Assembly (NCBI GenBank): GCA_038237055.1
Contig: JBBRZD010000001.1
Location: forward strand, 1 to 50,906
Length of the DNA: 50,906 nt
Direction: 5' to 3'
From: Lysobacterales bacterium
Lineage (GTDB): Bacteria; Pseudomonadota; Gammaproteobacteria; Xanthomonadales; Rhodanobacteraceae
Shown: piece by piece, positions 10,494 to 19,647 of the stretch
Layout of the letters: each line of letters begins with the position of its first letter
How positions within the stretch are numbered: position 1 is the stretch's first letter
The notes under the pieces: generated by a model
Databases searched by the model: none
The model's input: the letters and a program-made list of their open reading frames with translations, nothing else
Told to the model about the DNA's origin: nothing
Program-made: the position numbers and the translations under genes

Positions 10494-10955
10494 ATGAATT
10501 CCATGCTTGTTAAGTGTTCGGCGCTTACGTTGTCATTGGCGTGTGGTGTTGTGTTCGCGCAAGCGCCAGCCGCAGCACCACCCGCCGCTGCGCCACCTGC
10601 CGCAGCACCGACGACATCTGCACCGCCAGCGGGCACAGGTAACGCGGGTTTGAATCCGCCTATACAGCAAGGGGCAGCGGGTTCGCGCGACGCGAACGGA
10701 AATGCCATCGCACAGCCAAACTCCTCGCAGGTAACCAATTCCGGTCAGGGCGGCGGCGTATCTTCATCGGGCGCACCCGCATCGGCCAGTTCACGCATTA
10801 CGCCTTTCGCCATGCTCGACATCGACAAGGCTGGCTACATCAAGATGGATCAGGCGCGCGGCGATGCGTGGCTCGCGCAGCACTTCGTGCAGTGCGACAC
10901 CAATCACAACGAAGAAGTCACCGAAAGCGAATACGAGACCTGCACATCGCGTTGA
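10494..10955 (+). CDS. Secreted protein with Ala/Pro-rich linker and two EF-hand-like loops
   Basis: Signal peptide ending VFA-Q; FAMLDIDKAGYIKMDQA and FVQCDTNHNEEVTESEY. Confidence 0.75.
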   Translation: MNSMLVKCSALTLSLACGVVFAQAPAAAPPAAAPPAAAPTTSAPPAGTGNAGLNPPIQQGAAGSRDANGNAIAQPNSSQVTNSGQGGGVSSSGAPASASSRITPFAMLDIDKAGYIKMDQARGDAWLAQHFVQCDTNHNEEVTESEYETCTSR

Positions 10956-10972
10956 CGTGCACGTTGCATGGG

Positions 10973-11488
10973 TCAGAACATCCGCGCCGGGAAGATCGGC
11001 GCGGTTGTAATATGGGGTTCATCCCGCCATTGCAGCGCCGCCCACTGCACTGAGGTCGCCTTCGGCTTGAAGCGCGCGCCTGCAGCGAACGCCACCTGCG
11101 TCGGGACATCGATCTTCTCGCTTTGACCGGCGGCATCCCAAACCCGGTGTCGGCCCATGGCGTATTCATCACGTAGTGGAAACTGCCGTCTACAGCACCT
11201 TGGTACTGTTCGGTGTCGGTGTATGCGCTGCTGGTCTCGGCGCTTGAGTGGTACCGCCCGTCGCCGTACGTGATCAGCCCATAGTTCATCGCCAATAGTC
11301 GGTCGCTCAGATCGCCGACGTAATGCCGGGTATGACGGCTGGCAATGGATCGAAGCCGTCGCAGGAAATCAGATCGGCGGCGACGCTGCAGTCGAGCGGT
11401 GTTGCCAGCCCAGGCGTCGGTGCGGTGGCAGAAGAAGCCGCGTTCGCTGAAATATTTTCGTCAGCCTCACCTCTGCGCCTTGCCGCAT
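10973..11488 (-). pseudogene. Frameshifted remnant of a probable exported protein
   Basis: AGGAG RBS before ATG at 11488, then protein-like segments in different frames (DCSVAADLISCDGFDPLP; NYGLITYGDGRYHSS...YVMNTPW; WDAAGQSEKIDVP...WRDEPHITTAP) ending at TGA 10973. Confidence 0.5.
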
Positions 11489-11726
11489 AGCTCCTAAAGA
11501 AAGCATTGCTGCTGCTACGCCGAGAGAGAATGAGACACGATGGCTGGCAATGTTTCTATCCAAATTGGGAAGTGTGTACATACGACGCGGTGCAGCGTAG
11601 GCAGTGTGTTCGCTGCCAGGCGCCGACTGCGTCCCAATTGCAGTCAATTGAAGCGGGCCAAGTGCCGCGCTTCCGAACAGGCAAATTTTGGCTTCAGGTG
11701 GCGTCACCAAGCGTTGTCGCACCTCG

Positions 11727-13178
11727 TCAATGCGGCAGTTTCGCGCGTGCATCAGGCGCCGCCATGATGGCGTGCCGCACGTCGCTGGCGGGCGCGTTTT
11801 CGTCGAAGTCGAGCGTGTTCCCTTGTTGGCGGATACCCAAGTCCCGATAGGGCTTGGCGAGATCCGGAAAATCCCGTCGCGCGCGATATACGCGAAATCG
11901 CTTCGCGAACACGTCGCGGCCGATCAGGGTATCGAGTTTCGCGACGAATTCGTCCGGTGTCCAGCGTCTTTCGCTCGGCAGACAGCAGGCATCGAAGCGG
12001 CGCAGGGCTTCATCAACGTTGAGCCGGTTCTTGCTCGCATGTCGCAATTGAACATCGACGCTGAGCCAGTACGCGGTGCCGCTCCAGTAGATGCGCTGGA
12101 AGTCGTGCTGTTCACCCATCTGCGTGGATGCCGCTTCCAGAGTGCTGTCGTCATGCGTATTGCGGCGGCCGCGCGTGAAGCCGTCGTCGAGCTGCTCCCA
12201 CGCATGTACGGGTGTGAGCAGGCCGGAGCGCGCGCGCAAGACGTTCTGATAGTAGGTGGCGAGGCCTTCGGCGAGCCAGGCGCCGCGGTCGCCAAGATAG
12301 GGATGAAACAAATGGGAGAGCTCATGCACGGCGACCCAGTCTTGGTTGAACGCGTCATCGCTCTGGGTCGGATCGACGAACAAGGTCAGCGCATTCCCCT
12401 GCCCACGCGTGGATTGTCCAAACACGACCGCCTCAGATTGCGCGCCGACAGGTAGCACCAACACCTGCACGTCCGGCAGCGCGAGGCGCCCATACGCCAA
12501 TGCCGCGGCTTTCCCGACGCGCCGCAACCAGGCGATCAGGCGTTCGCTTTTTTGCGAATCCGGTTCGCCGAAGAGCGCGACATGCAGCACGCCGCCATCA
12601 AACGCAATCGACGTTTCAGTGAAATGACCAATCCCGACACGTGCCATCCACTCGATTGGCGTACGCGGTATCGTGAAATGCAAGGTGCGGTCGCTCGATA
12701 CCACGCGTCGCCATGGTGTGGAGATCGCGTAACCGGCAGGGAGTTCGACGCGCGCGTCAGCAGTGTCGACATTGACTGCCTGCAGCAGCCAGATTTGCGG
12801 GTTGACCAACAAATCGCTGTCGGTTCGCGTGCGTCCAAGCATCCGGTCCGCGGCCGCGATGCGACCGAGCGCAGCGCTGTAGTGAAGGCATTCGTCCGCC
12901 CGCCAGTCGTGCGCGACCCAAGCGGTATCTTCTCGCGTGAGTGGCGAGCCCGCATCACGGCGGATTGTGCCGAGAAATTGCGGCGCATCCTCGTCGGCTT
13001 CAAAACGAACGACGGCTGTGGCTTCGGCGAGGCACAGCGTGACCTGCATCGTCGTGTCGTCTGCTGTGTACTTCAGCGTGTAGTGCGCCATCGGCGTGGC
13101 GCGCACGCCGCCGGACAATGCGAGAACGATGAACGCGACAAACAGACGAGCGGGGACCATCCCTGCATGATGCGTCAT
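11727..13178 (-). CDS. Secreted gluzincin metallopeptidase (M61/M1-like)
   Basis: VHELSHLFHP (HExxH), downstream WLAEGLATYY, IYWSG; signal peptide (alternative start 13160). Confidence 0.8.
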   Translation of the reverse strand: MTHHAGMVPARLFVAFIVLALSGGVRATPMAHYTLKYTADDTTMQVTLCLAEATAVVRFEADEDAPQFLGTIRRDAGSPLTREDTAWVAHDWRADECLHYSAALGRIAAADRMLGRTRTDSDLLVNPQIWLLQAVNVDTADARVELPAGYAISTPWRRVVSSDRTLHFTIPRTPIEWMARVGIGHFTETSIAFDGGVLHVALFGEPDSQKSERLIAWLRRVGKAAALAYGRLALPDVQVLVLPVGAQSEAVVFGQSTRGQGNALTLFVDPTQSDDAFNQDWVAVHELSHLFHPYLGDRGAWLAEGLATYYQNVLRARSGLLTPVHAWEQLDDGFTRGRRNTHDDSTLEAASTQMGEQHDFQRIYWSGTAYWLSVDVQLRHASKNRLNVDEALRRFDACCLPSERRWTPDEFVAKLDTLIGRDVFAKRFRVYRARRDFPDLAKPYRDLGIRQQGNTLDFDENAPASDVRHAIMAAPDARAKLPH

Positions 13179-13246
13179 CGCGTCGGGATTTCGTAAGTGC
13201 GCACGGTACTGACCAGTGCGCTTGGCCCGACCGGTACAATGGCCGG

Positions 13247-15502
13247 ATGGACGTTTCCCACCTGATCGACGGACTTAACGAGTCCCAGCGCGAAGCGGTG
13301 ACCGCACCCGCCGGCCACTACCTCGTGCTGGCCGGCGCGGGTTCCGGCAAGACGCGCGTGCTGACGAATCGCATCGGCTGGTTGCTCGAAGTCGAGCGCG
13401 TGTCGCCGTGGTCGGTGCTTGCGGTCACGTTCACCAACAAGGCGGCTGGCGAGATGCGCGGACGCACCGAGTCGCTGATCGCAGGCGGCGCGCGTGGATT
13501 GACGATCGGCACGTTTCACGGCATCGCGCATCGCCTGCTGCGTCGACACTGGCGCGAGGCGAAATTGCCGGAAACCTTCCAGATCCTCGACGGTGACGAC
13601 CAGCAGCGCCTGGTAAAACGCACGATCCAGGGCATGGGGCTGGACGAGGCGCGCTTCCCGCCGCGTCAGGCGACCTGGTTCATCAACAGCGCGAAGGATG
13701 AAGGCAAGCGGCCCGATGCGCTCGATGCGGGCTACAACCAGAACAGCGGCGTGCTCATCGACATCTACCGCGCGTATGAAGCCGCGTGCCAGCGCGGCGG
13801 CCTCGTCGATTTCGCGGAACTGTTGCTGCGCGCGCATGAGTTGTGGCTGCACGACGATGCGTTGCTCGCGCACTATCGCGAACGTTTTCGCCATCTGCTC
13901 ATCGACGAATTCCAGGATACCAATACACTGCAATACGCGTGGATACGCGTGTTAGCGGGCAACAGCGGACACGTCTTCGTCGTCGGCGACGACGATCAGG
14001 CGATCTACGGCTGGCGCGGCGCGCGTGTCGAGAACGTGCAGCACTTCCTGCGCGATTTCCCGAATGCGCGAACCATTCGCCTCGAACAGAACTACCGTTC
14101 GACCGGCACCATTCTCGCCGCAGCGAACGCGGTGATCGCGCACAACCCGGATCGTCTGGGCAAGCAATTGTGGACGGCCGGCGAAGCGGGCGATCCGATC
14201 GAACTCTACGCGGCCTACAACGAGCAGGATGAAGCGCGTTATGTGGTCGAGCGTATTCGCGATCATCTGCGCGGCGGTGCAAAGTTGTCCGAAGCGGCGA
14301 TCCTGTACCGCTCGAATGCGCAGTCGCGCAACTTCGAGGAACAGTTGATCCAGCACGACATTGCCTACCGCGTGTACGGCGGACTGCGTTATTTCGATCG
14401 CGCCGAAATCAAGGATGCGCTGGCATACCTGCGCATGGTCGCAAACCGCCACGACGATGCCGCATTTGAACGCGCGGTCAACACGCCACCGCGCGGTATC
14501 GGCGATCGCACGCTCGACCTGCTGCGCCAGCGCGCGCGCCGCGAGAACACCTCGATGTGGGAAGCCGTGCTCGGCGAACTGGCCGCAGATGCGCTGGCCG
14601 GGCGCGCAAAGAATGCGCTGCGCGTGTTCCTGCAGCTGATCGACGAATTGGCGCGCGATTGCCTGGTTCCCAACGGGAAGGCGAGCGCCACCGATTCGGT
14701 GCCCGACGTGCGCGATGAAGCCGCTTTGCAAGGAGAGACACGCACGAACGAGCCGCTCGCATTGTCCGAGCAGATCGAGCATGCGATGGCGCGCTCGGGC
14801 CTGCGCGATTTCTATGAAAAGGACAGCCGTGGCAGCGCGGAATCGCGCACCGAGAACCTCGATGAACTGGTCAACGTCGCCGCGCGCTTCCGGCGCACGC
14901 CAGACGATCTCGAAGCGGGGTTGTCCGAGTTGTCGGCCTTCCTTTCGCATGCCGCGCTCGAAGCGGGTGAAGGGCAGGGCGAGGCATGGCAGGATTGCGT
15001 GCAGTTGATGACCCTGCATTCGGCCAAGGGTCTGGAGTTTCCGCTAGTGTTCCTGGTCGGTCTCGAAGACGGCTTGTTTCCGAGCCAGAAGTCGAGCGAG
15101 GAACCGGGGCGACTGGAAGAAGAGCGCCGCCTCGCTTATGTCGGCATCACGCGTGCGCGCGAACGCCTTCTCATCACCTATGCAGAATCGCGCCGGATGC
15201 ACGGGGTCGAATCGTATGCGCGGCCGTCACGTTTCCTCGCTGAAATTCCAGCCGAATTGTTGCGTGAGGTGCGTCCGCGCGTGCAGGTGAGTCGCCCAGC
15301 GTTTGCAGGGCGCTACGCCGATTCTTCTGCAGGTGCTGCGGTGCCGTTCAAGCTAGGCCAGCGTGTCGGGCATGCGAGCTTTGGCGAAGGCGTTGTGCTG
15401 AGTTACGAGGGCGCTGGCACGCATACACTGGTGGAAGTCAATTTCGCCGCTGCCGGTCGCAAGCGGCTGGTGCTCGCCTATGCGAATCTCAGTGCGTTGT
15501 GA
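13247..15502 (+). CDS. uvrD: DNA helicase II
   Basis: AGAGSGKT, VTFTNKAA, DEFQDTN, GDDDQAIYGWRGA, LEQNYRS, MTLHSAKGLEF, EEERRLAYVGITRA; C-terminal Tudor-like domain. Confidence 0.97.
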   Translation: MDVSHLIDGLNESQREAVTAPAGHYLVLAGAGSGKTRVLTNRIGWLLEVERVSPWSVLAVTFTNKAAGEMRGRTESLIAGGARGLTIGTFHGIAHRLLRRHWREAKLPETFQILDGDDQQRLVKRTIQGMGLDEARFPPRQATWFINSAKDEGKRPDALDAGYNQNSGVLIDIYRAYEAACQRGGLVDFAELLLRAHELWLHDDALLAHYRERFRHLLIDEFQDTNTLQYAWIRVLAGNSGHVFVVGDDDQAIYGWRGARVENVQHFLRDFPNARTIRLEQNYRSTGTILAAANAVIAHNPDRLGKQLWTAGEAGDPIELYAAYNEQDEARYVVERIRDHLRGGAKLSEAAILYRSNAQSRNFEEQLIQHDIAYRVYGGLRYFDRAEIKDALAYLRMVANRHDDAAFERAVNTPPRGIGDRTLDLLRQRARRENTSMWEAVLGELAADALAGRAKNALRVFLQLIDELARDCLVPNGKASATDSVPDVRDEAALQGETRTNEPLALSEQIEHAMARSGLRDFYEKDSRGSAESRTENLDELVNVAARFRRTPDDLEAGLSELSAFLSHAALEAGEGQGEAWQDCVQLMTLHSAKGLEFPLVFLVGLEDGLFPSQKSSEEPGRLEEERRLAYVGITRARERLLITYAESRRMHGVESYARPSRFLAEIPAELLREVRPRVQVSRPAFAGRYADSSAGAAVPFKLGQRVGHASFGEGVVLSYEGAGTHTLVEVNFAAAGRKRLVLAYANLSAL

Positions 15503-15695
15503 CTTGAGTCGCACGCAAGCGACGCGAAACGCTCATTGCAATCGGATCAGTCGAAGTTGTTGTTTGCACGCAATAGCAGTCTGATGCCAAGTCGGGACAA
15601 TGGACGCGAGCGTGCGGCTTTCGCGTAGGCGAATCTATCGGTGTATGGATTAGGCCACGCGTGCGCGTACGTTGGTTGCCAGGAAAATCATCGCG

Positions 15696-16598
15696 ATGAA
15701 GATTTCGCGCAAGACAGAGAAAGTAATCCTGGTCATTGCCGCTTTTGCGGCTTCAGGCGCGGTGGTGTTGTGGTGGTATCTGGACAGCTCGGTTTTGCAC
15801 CGCCAACCTTTGGTGAGCGTTCCATCGATGGCGTTGCCGACCGCGGTAGTGACCGCGTCAGTGCGCATGGAAAGTGTCGCGCAGGCAAGTGTTCCCGCGC
15901 CGACAGCATCGCCAGCGTCGGAGGACAATTCCGTCTCCGTATCCACGCCGGTGCCTACCGACCCGCCGCAACCCGTGCTTGCAACAAGCACGGATACATC
16001 GCCAGCCGCGCCTATGGAGGCGGAAGTCGGTTCATCTGGATCTGCGCCGGAGTCGCCGCCACCAGAGCCCGCCGCTGCGACGGATCCGGCACTGGCGCTC
16101 GTTGACTCGATCGAAGAAGGCGGCGGCCACGATGAGGCCATCGACCTGTTCGCCGAGCGCATTGCGACACTCGAACAAGATGACGATCCGAACAACGCGA
16201 CTGACGCGCGCCTGCTGAACGAATTCAAGTCGCGGGCGGACGACGAAGCATCGTCGTCGCAACGCGTGAAGGTGCTGCAAGATCATGTGAGCGCATGGCT
16301 GGCCGGTTTTCCAGCTGAGCGCGCGGATCACCTTACGCTGGTCTCGGTCGAGTGCAGGACCGCGTCGTGCCGGATCCTGATCGCCGAGCAAACGACGGAC
16401 TTCTCCGGCGCGGCGTACGACACGTTCAATTCGTCCTTCCTATTGCTTGTGAATGAAGACTGGTGCACGCAGCTTGGGCTCAGTTTGCAGGGAGTCTCGA
16501 CACATCCGGCCGACAGTGGGGCAGACGGTAAGCACGATTATGCGCTGTGGACCATCTATCTGAGCGACACCGCACCCGTTGAGCGAGTCCGGCAGTAG
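15696..16598 (+). CDS. Hypothetical membrane-anchored protein with Pro/Ser/Ala linker and C-terminal VECRTASC domain
   Basis: N-terminal TM helix, acidic low-complexity stalk, CxxxxC motif. Confidence 0.65.
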   Translation: MKISRKTEKVILVIAAFAASGAVVLWWYLDSSVLHRQPLVSVPSMALPTAVVTASVRMESVAQASVPAPTASPASEDNSVSVSTPVPTDPPQPVLATSTDTSPAAPMEAEVGSSGSAPESPPPEPAAATDPALALVDSIEEGGGHDEAIDLFAERIATLEQDDDPNNATDARLLNEFKSRADDEASSSQRVKVLQDHVSAWLAGFPAERADHLTLVSVECRTASCRILIAEQTTDFSGAAYDTFNSSFLLLVNEDWCTQLGLSLQGVSTHPADSGADGKHDYALWTIYLSDTAPVERVRQ

Positions 16599-16783
16599 CG
16601 CTCGCTGCACGCGCTGCAAGATCGGCAGCTTTCCATTGCGCCCGCTGCAACGCAATCGTCATGGGTATCGCGGCAAGCGCGAGTGTCGCGTTGAGCCATG
16701 AGCCGGGTGCAAATGACGTGATCGTGGGTGACGGCTTCAGGCTTCGAGACAGCTTCGCTCTCGCGGCAAGCCCATGTGCCGTG

Positions 16784-16815
16784 CCCGTCATCCTGGCTGA
16801 GGGCTGGATGACGGG
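16784..16815. terminator. Stem-loop (10-bp perfect inverted repeat) between convergent genes; possible terminator or collapsed REP
   Basis: cccgtcatcc (16784-16793) pairs with ggatgacggg (16806-16815), followed by ttctt. Confidence 0.5.
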
Positions 16816-16865
16816 TTCTTGAATGCCGTTTCGGAGTGGGCGCCGATACTGCGCGAGCGGCAAAC

Positions 16866-17393
16866 TCAGTGGGCGCGTTGCAATGCTGTCATCGCCTGGG
16901 CCAGCCAGGCGCGGGCTGCATCCCAGTCGCGAGTGACCGTGCCCGAAGAGATGCCGAGCGCCAGCGCGGTCTCATCGTCACTGAGGCCACCAAAATAACG
17001 ACACTCAAATACATGCGCCTGCCGTGGTTGTTGCACGGCGAGGCAGCGCAGGGCGTCGTCGATTTCCGCCAGCTGCTCGAACTGGCGTTCATCGGCAGGA
17101 TCGATTGCGTCGACCATAACGGCTGTCAGGTCGTTGGGATGCTTGAGCGCAAGTCGCTCGCGCGCATGATCGACGAGAATCTTGCGCATGATGCGCACGG
17201 CCATCGCAGTGCCGACGGTCTGTTCTTTCAAGCGCGCGTCACCCGCTTCCGGACAAACCAGATCGAGCAGGCGGCCCCAGGCAGCCTGATCGCCGGCGCC
17301 CGCCGCGTGCAGCAAGCGCGTGATGGGAGCGGGTTGCCTGTTTGTCGCGTTCTTCGCGACGTTGGTATGGACGGCTTTCATGGGCAACCTCAT
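16866..17393 (-). CDS. ECF-type sigma factor of the kinase-associated class, with shortened sigma2 region
   Basis: ITRLLHAAGAGD..A..RLL.LV, MRKILVDHAR, and sigma4 FECRYFGGLSDDETALALGISSGTVTRDWDAARAWL; ATGA overlap with upstream kinase. Confidence 0.85.
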   Translation of the reverse strand: MRLPMKAVHTNVAKNATNRQPAPITRLLHAAGAGDQAAWGRLLDLVCPEAGDARLKEQTVGTAMAVRIMRKILVDHARERLALKHPNDLTAVMVDAIDPADERQFEQLAEIDDALRCLAVQQPRQAHVFECRYFGGLSDDETALALGISSGTVTRDWDAARAWLAQAMTALQRAH

Positions 17394-19405
17394 CCGCGTC
17401 CGCCACGCGACCGGAACTCGGCCAGGCGGCTGTCGACGTTATCGAGCATCGGCTCGATGGCTTCGCGTGCCTTTTCCGCTGCATTGAGACTGGTGAAGTT
17501 CACCTGCTCAGCACCGCCGGTCCACAACACGCTGCCGTCGCTGACGCGGTACGCCTTCACGCCGAGCTGCACCGTATACAGGGTGGAGCTCTGTCCGTAG
17601 TACTGCATTTCCTGCGTGCCAACGGGTCGTGCGCGCACGAACACGATGGCATCAGCCCGGCCCGCGAAGGAGCGGACATTCGGCGAATCACCATGCGCCT
17701 TGCCGCCCTCGATCACGCGGAAACCGCGACTCTGCAGCAGGCTGACCAGTGACTCTTCAGCGGGCGAGGAAATCACATCGTCACCCGAGGCAACCACGGC
17801 GATCGTGGGCACATGCGGCTTCGGCGGTGCGGCGGGACGTTCGATCGGCGTCACCTTGGCGATGCGCGCATCGGGCGCAGCGTCGGCTGCATGTTCCGCA
17901 GCCTGTGCCGCAGGGAGATCGTGCAAGGCTTCCATGCCAGCCTGCGATGCGCGCGCGACGGGAGCATCCGCGTCAAGCGACGTTGTTGCCGCATCGGCAA
18001 CAGCGGTGGATGCAGCGGCGTGCTCAGCCGGGTTCGCCGACGCAGCTTTAACCGACCCATTCGCGTTGCCAGCGGGCGGCGTACTCGCCGAGTTCGACGC
18101 GATCGAAGCGGCAATGCTCGCGGCAGCCGACGGCGTTGTTGTCGATGCACTCGGCATGGTGCTTGCGGCAACCGACGTTGCCGTCGTGCTGCCCGTGCTG
18201 CTGTTGTTTGCTGTCGTCGGTGCACCGAACAGGCCGGACAAACCAGGAATGGTGTTGCGATACGCGTAGGCGCCGCCCCCAATGCCGAGCAGCAGGATCG
18301 CAGCAATCGCCCACGGCAGTGCTGAGCTACCCGAGGACTGGTTCGCGGCGGACGTTCGATCGAGCACGGGCTGATGGGCCGACGCCGACGTCGCCGCAGC
18401 AGTCGCAAGCGCTGGCGGAAGCGGCTGTCCGGAGGCCGTGATGCGGGTATCGGCGCTACCGATGCTGCGCATTGGGCTTGGCGGCGTGCGTGGCAGCGGA
18501 ACCTGGCCGGATACGGGGGTCTTCTGGCCGAGCATGGTCGCTGCCGCGGTGGACATTTTCGTCTGCGCGGTAATCGGCCCACCCTTGGCAACCAACGGAT
18601 GCGTGTTGAGATCGCTTACCAGCTCGTGGCAATTCTGGTATCGATCCGCCGGCTCCTTCGCGATCATCTTCTTGAGAATCTGCGCGATCTGAGGATCGAC
18701 ATCCGCATTGAGCATGCGCACGTCGGGAATATCGGCCTTCACGACTTCGAGCATCAGGCCAAGCGGCGATTCATCGTTGAACGGCATCTTCCCGGTCAAC
18801 ATCTCGAACAGCACGATGCCGAGCGAGAAAATGTCCGAACGCTGGTCGACCGGTTTGCCGAGGCAGACTTCGGGCGACAGATAGCCGGGCGTGCCGACGA
18901 ACTCACCGGTGGTCGTGAGCTTCTTCGACATGTCCTGATTCGACAGCGCGATGCCGAAATCGGCGATCTTGACCGAGCCGCGGCTCGAGATCATCAGGTT
19001 GCCGGGCTTGATATCGCGATGCACGACGCCGCGGTCGTGCGCAGTCGACAGGCCCATCGCAGTCTGCTGGATTACCTTCGCCGACTGCTCGACAGTGAGC
19101 TGATGGTCGCGCTTCAACATCGAACCGAGCGACTCGCCTTCGACGAACTCCATCACGAAGAAGGTCTGGCCCTCGTCTTCGCCAATGAAGTAGATCTGGA
19201 TGATGTGCGGATCGTTGAGCGCCGCCATGCTGCGCGCTTCGCGCAGGAAACGCTCTTTCACCGCCTCATCGTGAGCCAGCGAATCGGCCAGCACCTTGAT
19301 CGCGACGTAGCGGTTCAGCGACGCTTCGAAACCCTTGTACACCACACCCATGCCGCCACGGCCCAGTTCGGAGACGATGTCGTAATGGCCCAGACGCGTT
19401 CTCAT
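17390..19405 (-). CDS. Membrane-anchored Hanks-type Ser/Thr protein kinase with periplasmic C-terminal domain
   Basis: LGRGGMGVVY, VAIK, HRDIKPGN, DFG, GTPGYLSPE, DQRSDIFSLG; TM LPWAIAAILLLGIGGGAYAY. Confidence 0.95.
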   Translation of the reverse strand: MRTRLGHYDIVSELGRGGMGVVYKGFEASLNRYVAIKVLADSLAHDEAVKERFLREARSMAALNDPHIIQIYFIGEDEGQTFFVMEFVEGESLGSMLKRDHQLTVEQSAKVIQQTAMGLSTAHDRGVVHRDIKPGNLMISSRGSVKIADFGIALSNQDMSKKLTTTGEFVGTPGYLSPEVCLGKPVDQRSDIFSLGIVLFEMLTGKMPFNDESPLGLMLEVVKADIPDVRMLNADVDPQIAQILKKMIAKEPADRYQNCHELVSDLNTHPLVAKGGPITAQTKMSTAAATMLGQKTPVSGQVPLPRTPPSPMRSIGSADTRITASGQPLPPALATAAATSASAHQPVLDRTSAANQSSGSSALPWAIAAILLLGIGGGAYAYRNTIPGLSGLFGAPTTANNSSTGSTTATSVAASTMPSASTTTPSAAASIAASIASNSASTPPAGNANGSVKAASANPAEHAAASTAVADAATTSLDADAPVARASQAGMEALHDLPAAQAAEHAADAAPDARIAKVTPIERPAAPPKPHVPTIAVVASGDDVISSPAEESLVSLLQSRGFRVIEGGKAHGDSPNVRSFAGRADAIVFVRARPVGTQEMQYYGQSSTLYTVQLGVKAYRVSDGSVLWTGGAEQVNFTSLNAAEKAREAIEPMLDNVDSRLAEFRSRGGRG

Positions 19406-19647
19406 GACCTTTCCCCTCGGGAGCGGATGCCCCTGACTAAGGTGAATCCTAGCACCGGCCCCGGGGGGTATTGCGCGGACCCTCTTGGCGGCTGCGCCCG
19501 TGCGCACGTCCCATTCAGACTGTGACGCAGTCGGCATTGCAGCCGGCCCCGGCAGGATCCGAGCCGTTCCGTAGAGCTCGCAGTCTCGATTGAGGCTGAA
19601 AGCGTCGCCGCCTACACTCGGCGACCTTTCTCAAACTCGCCTTTGGA

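Noticed and set aside
10560-10640. Repetitive gcc/gca/cca tract
   Set aside because: Encodes an Ala/Pro linker (APAAAPPAAAPPAAAP); not a CRISPR or DNA-level repeat array
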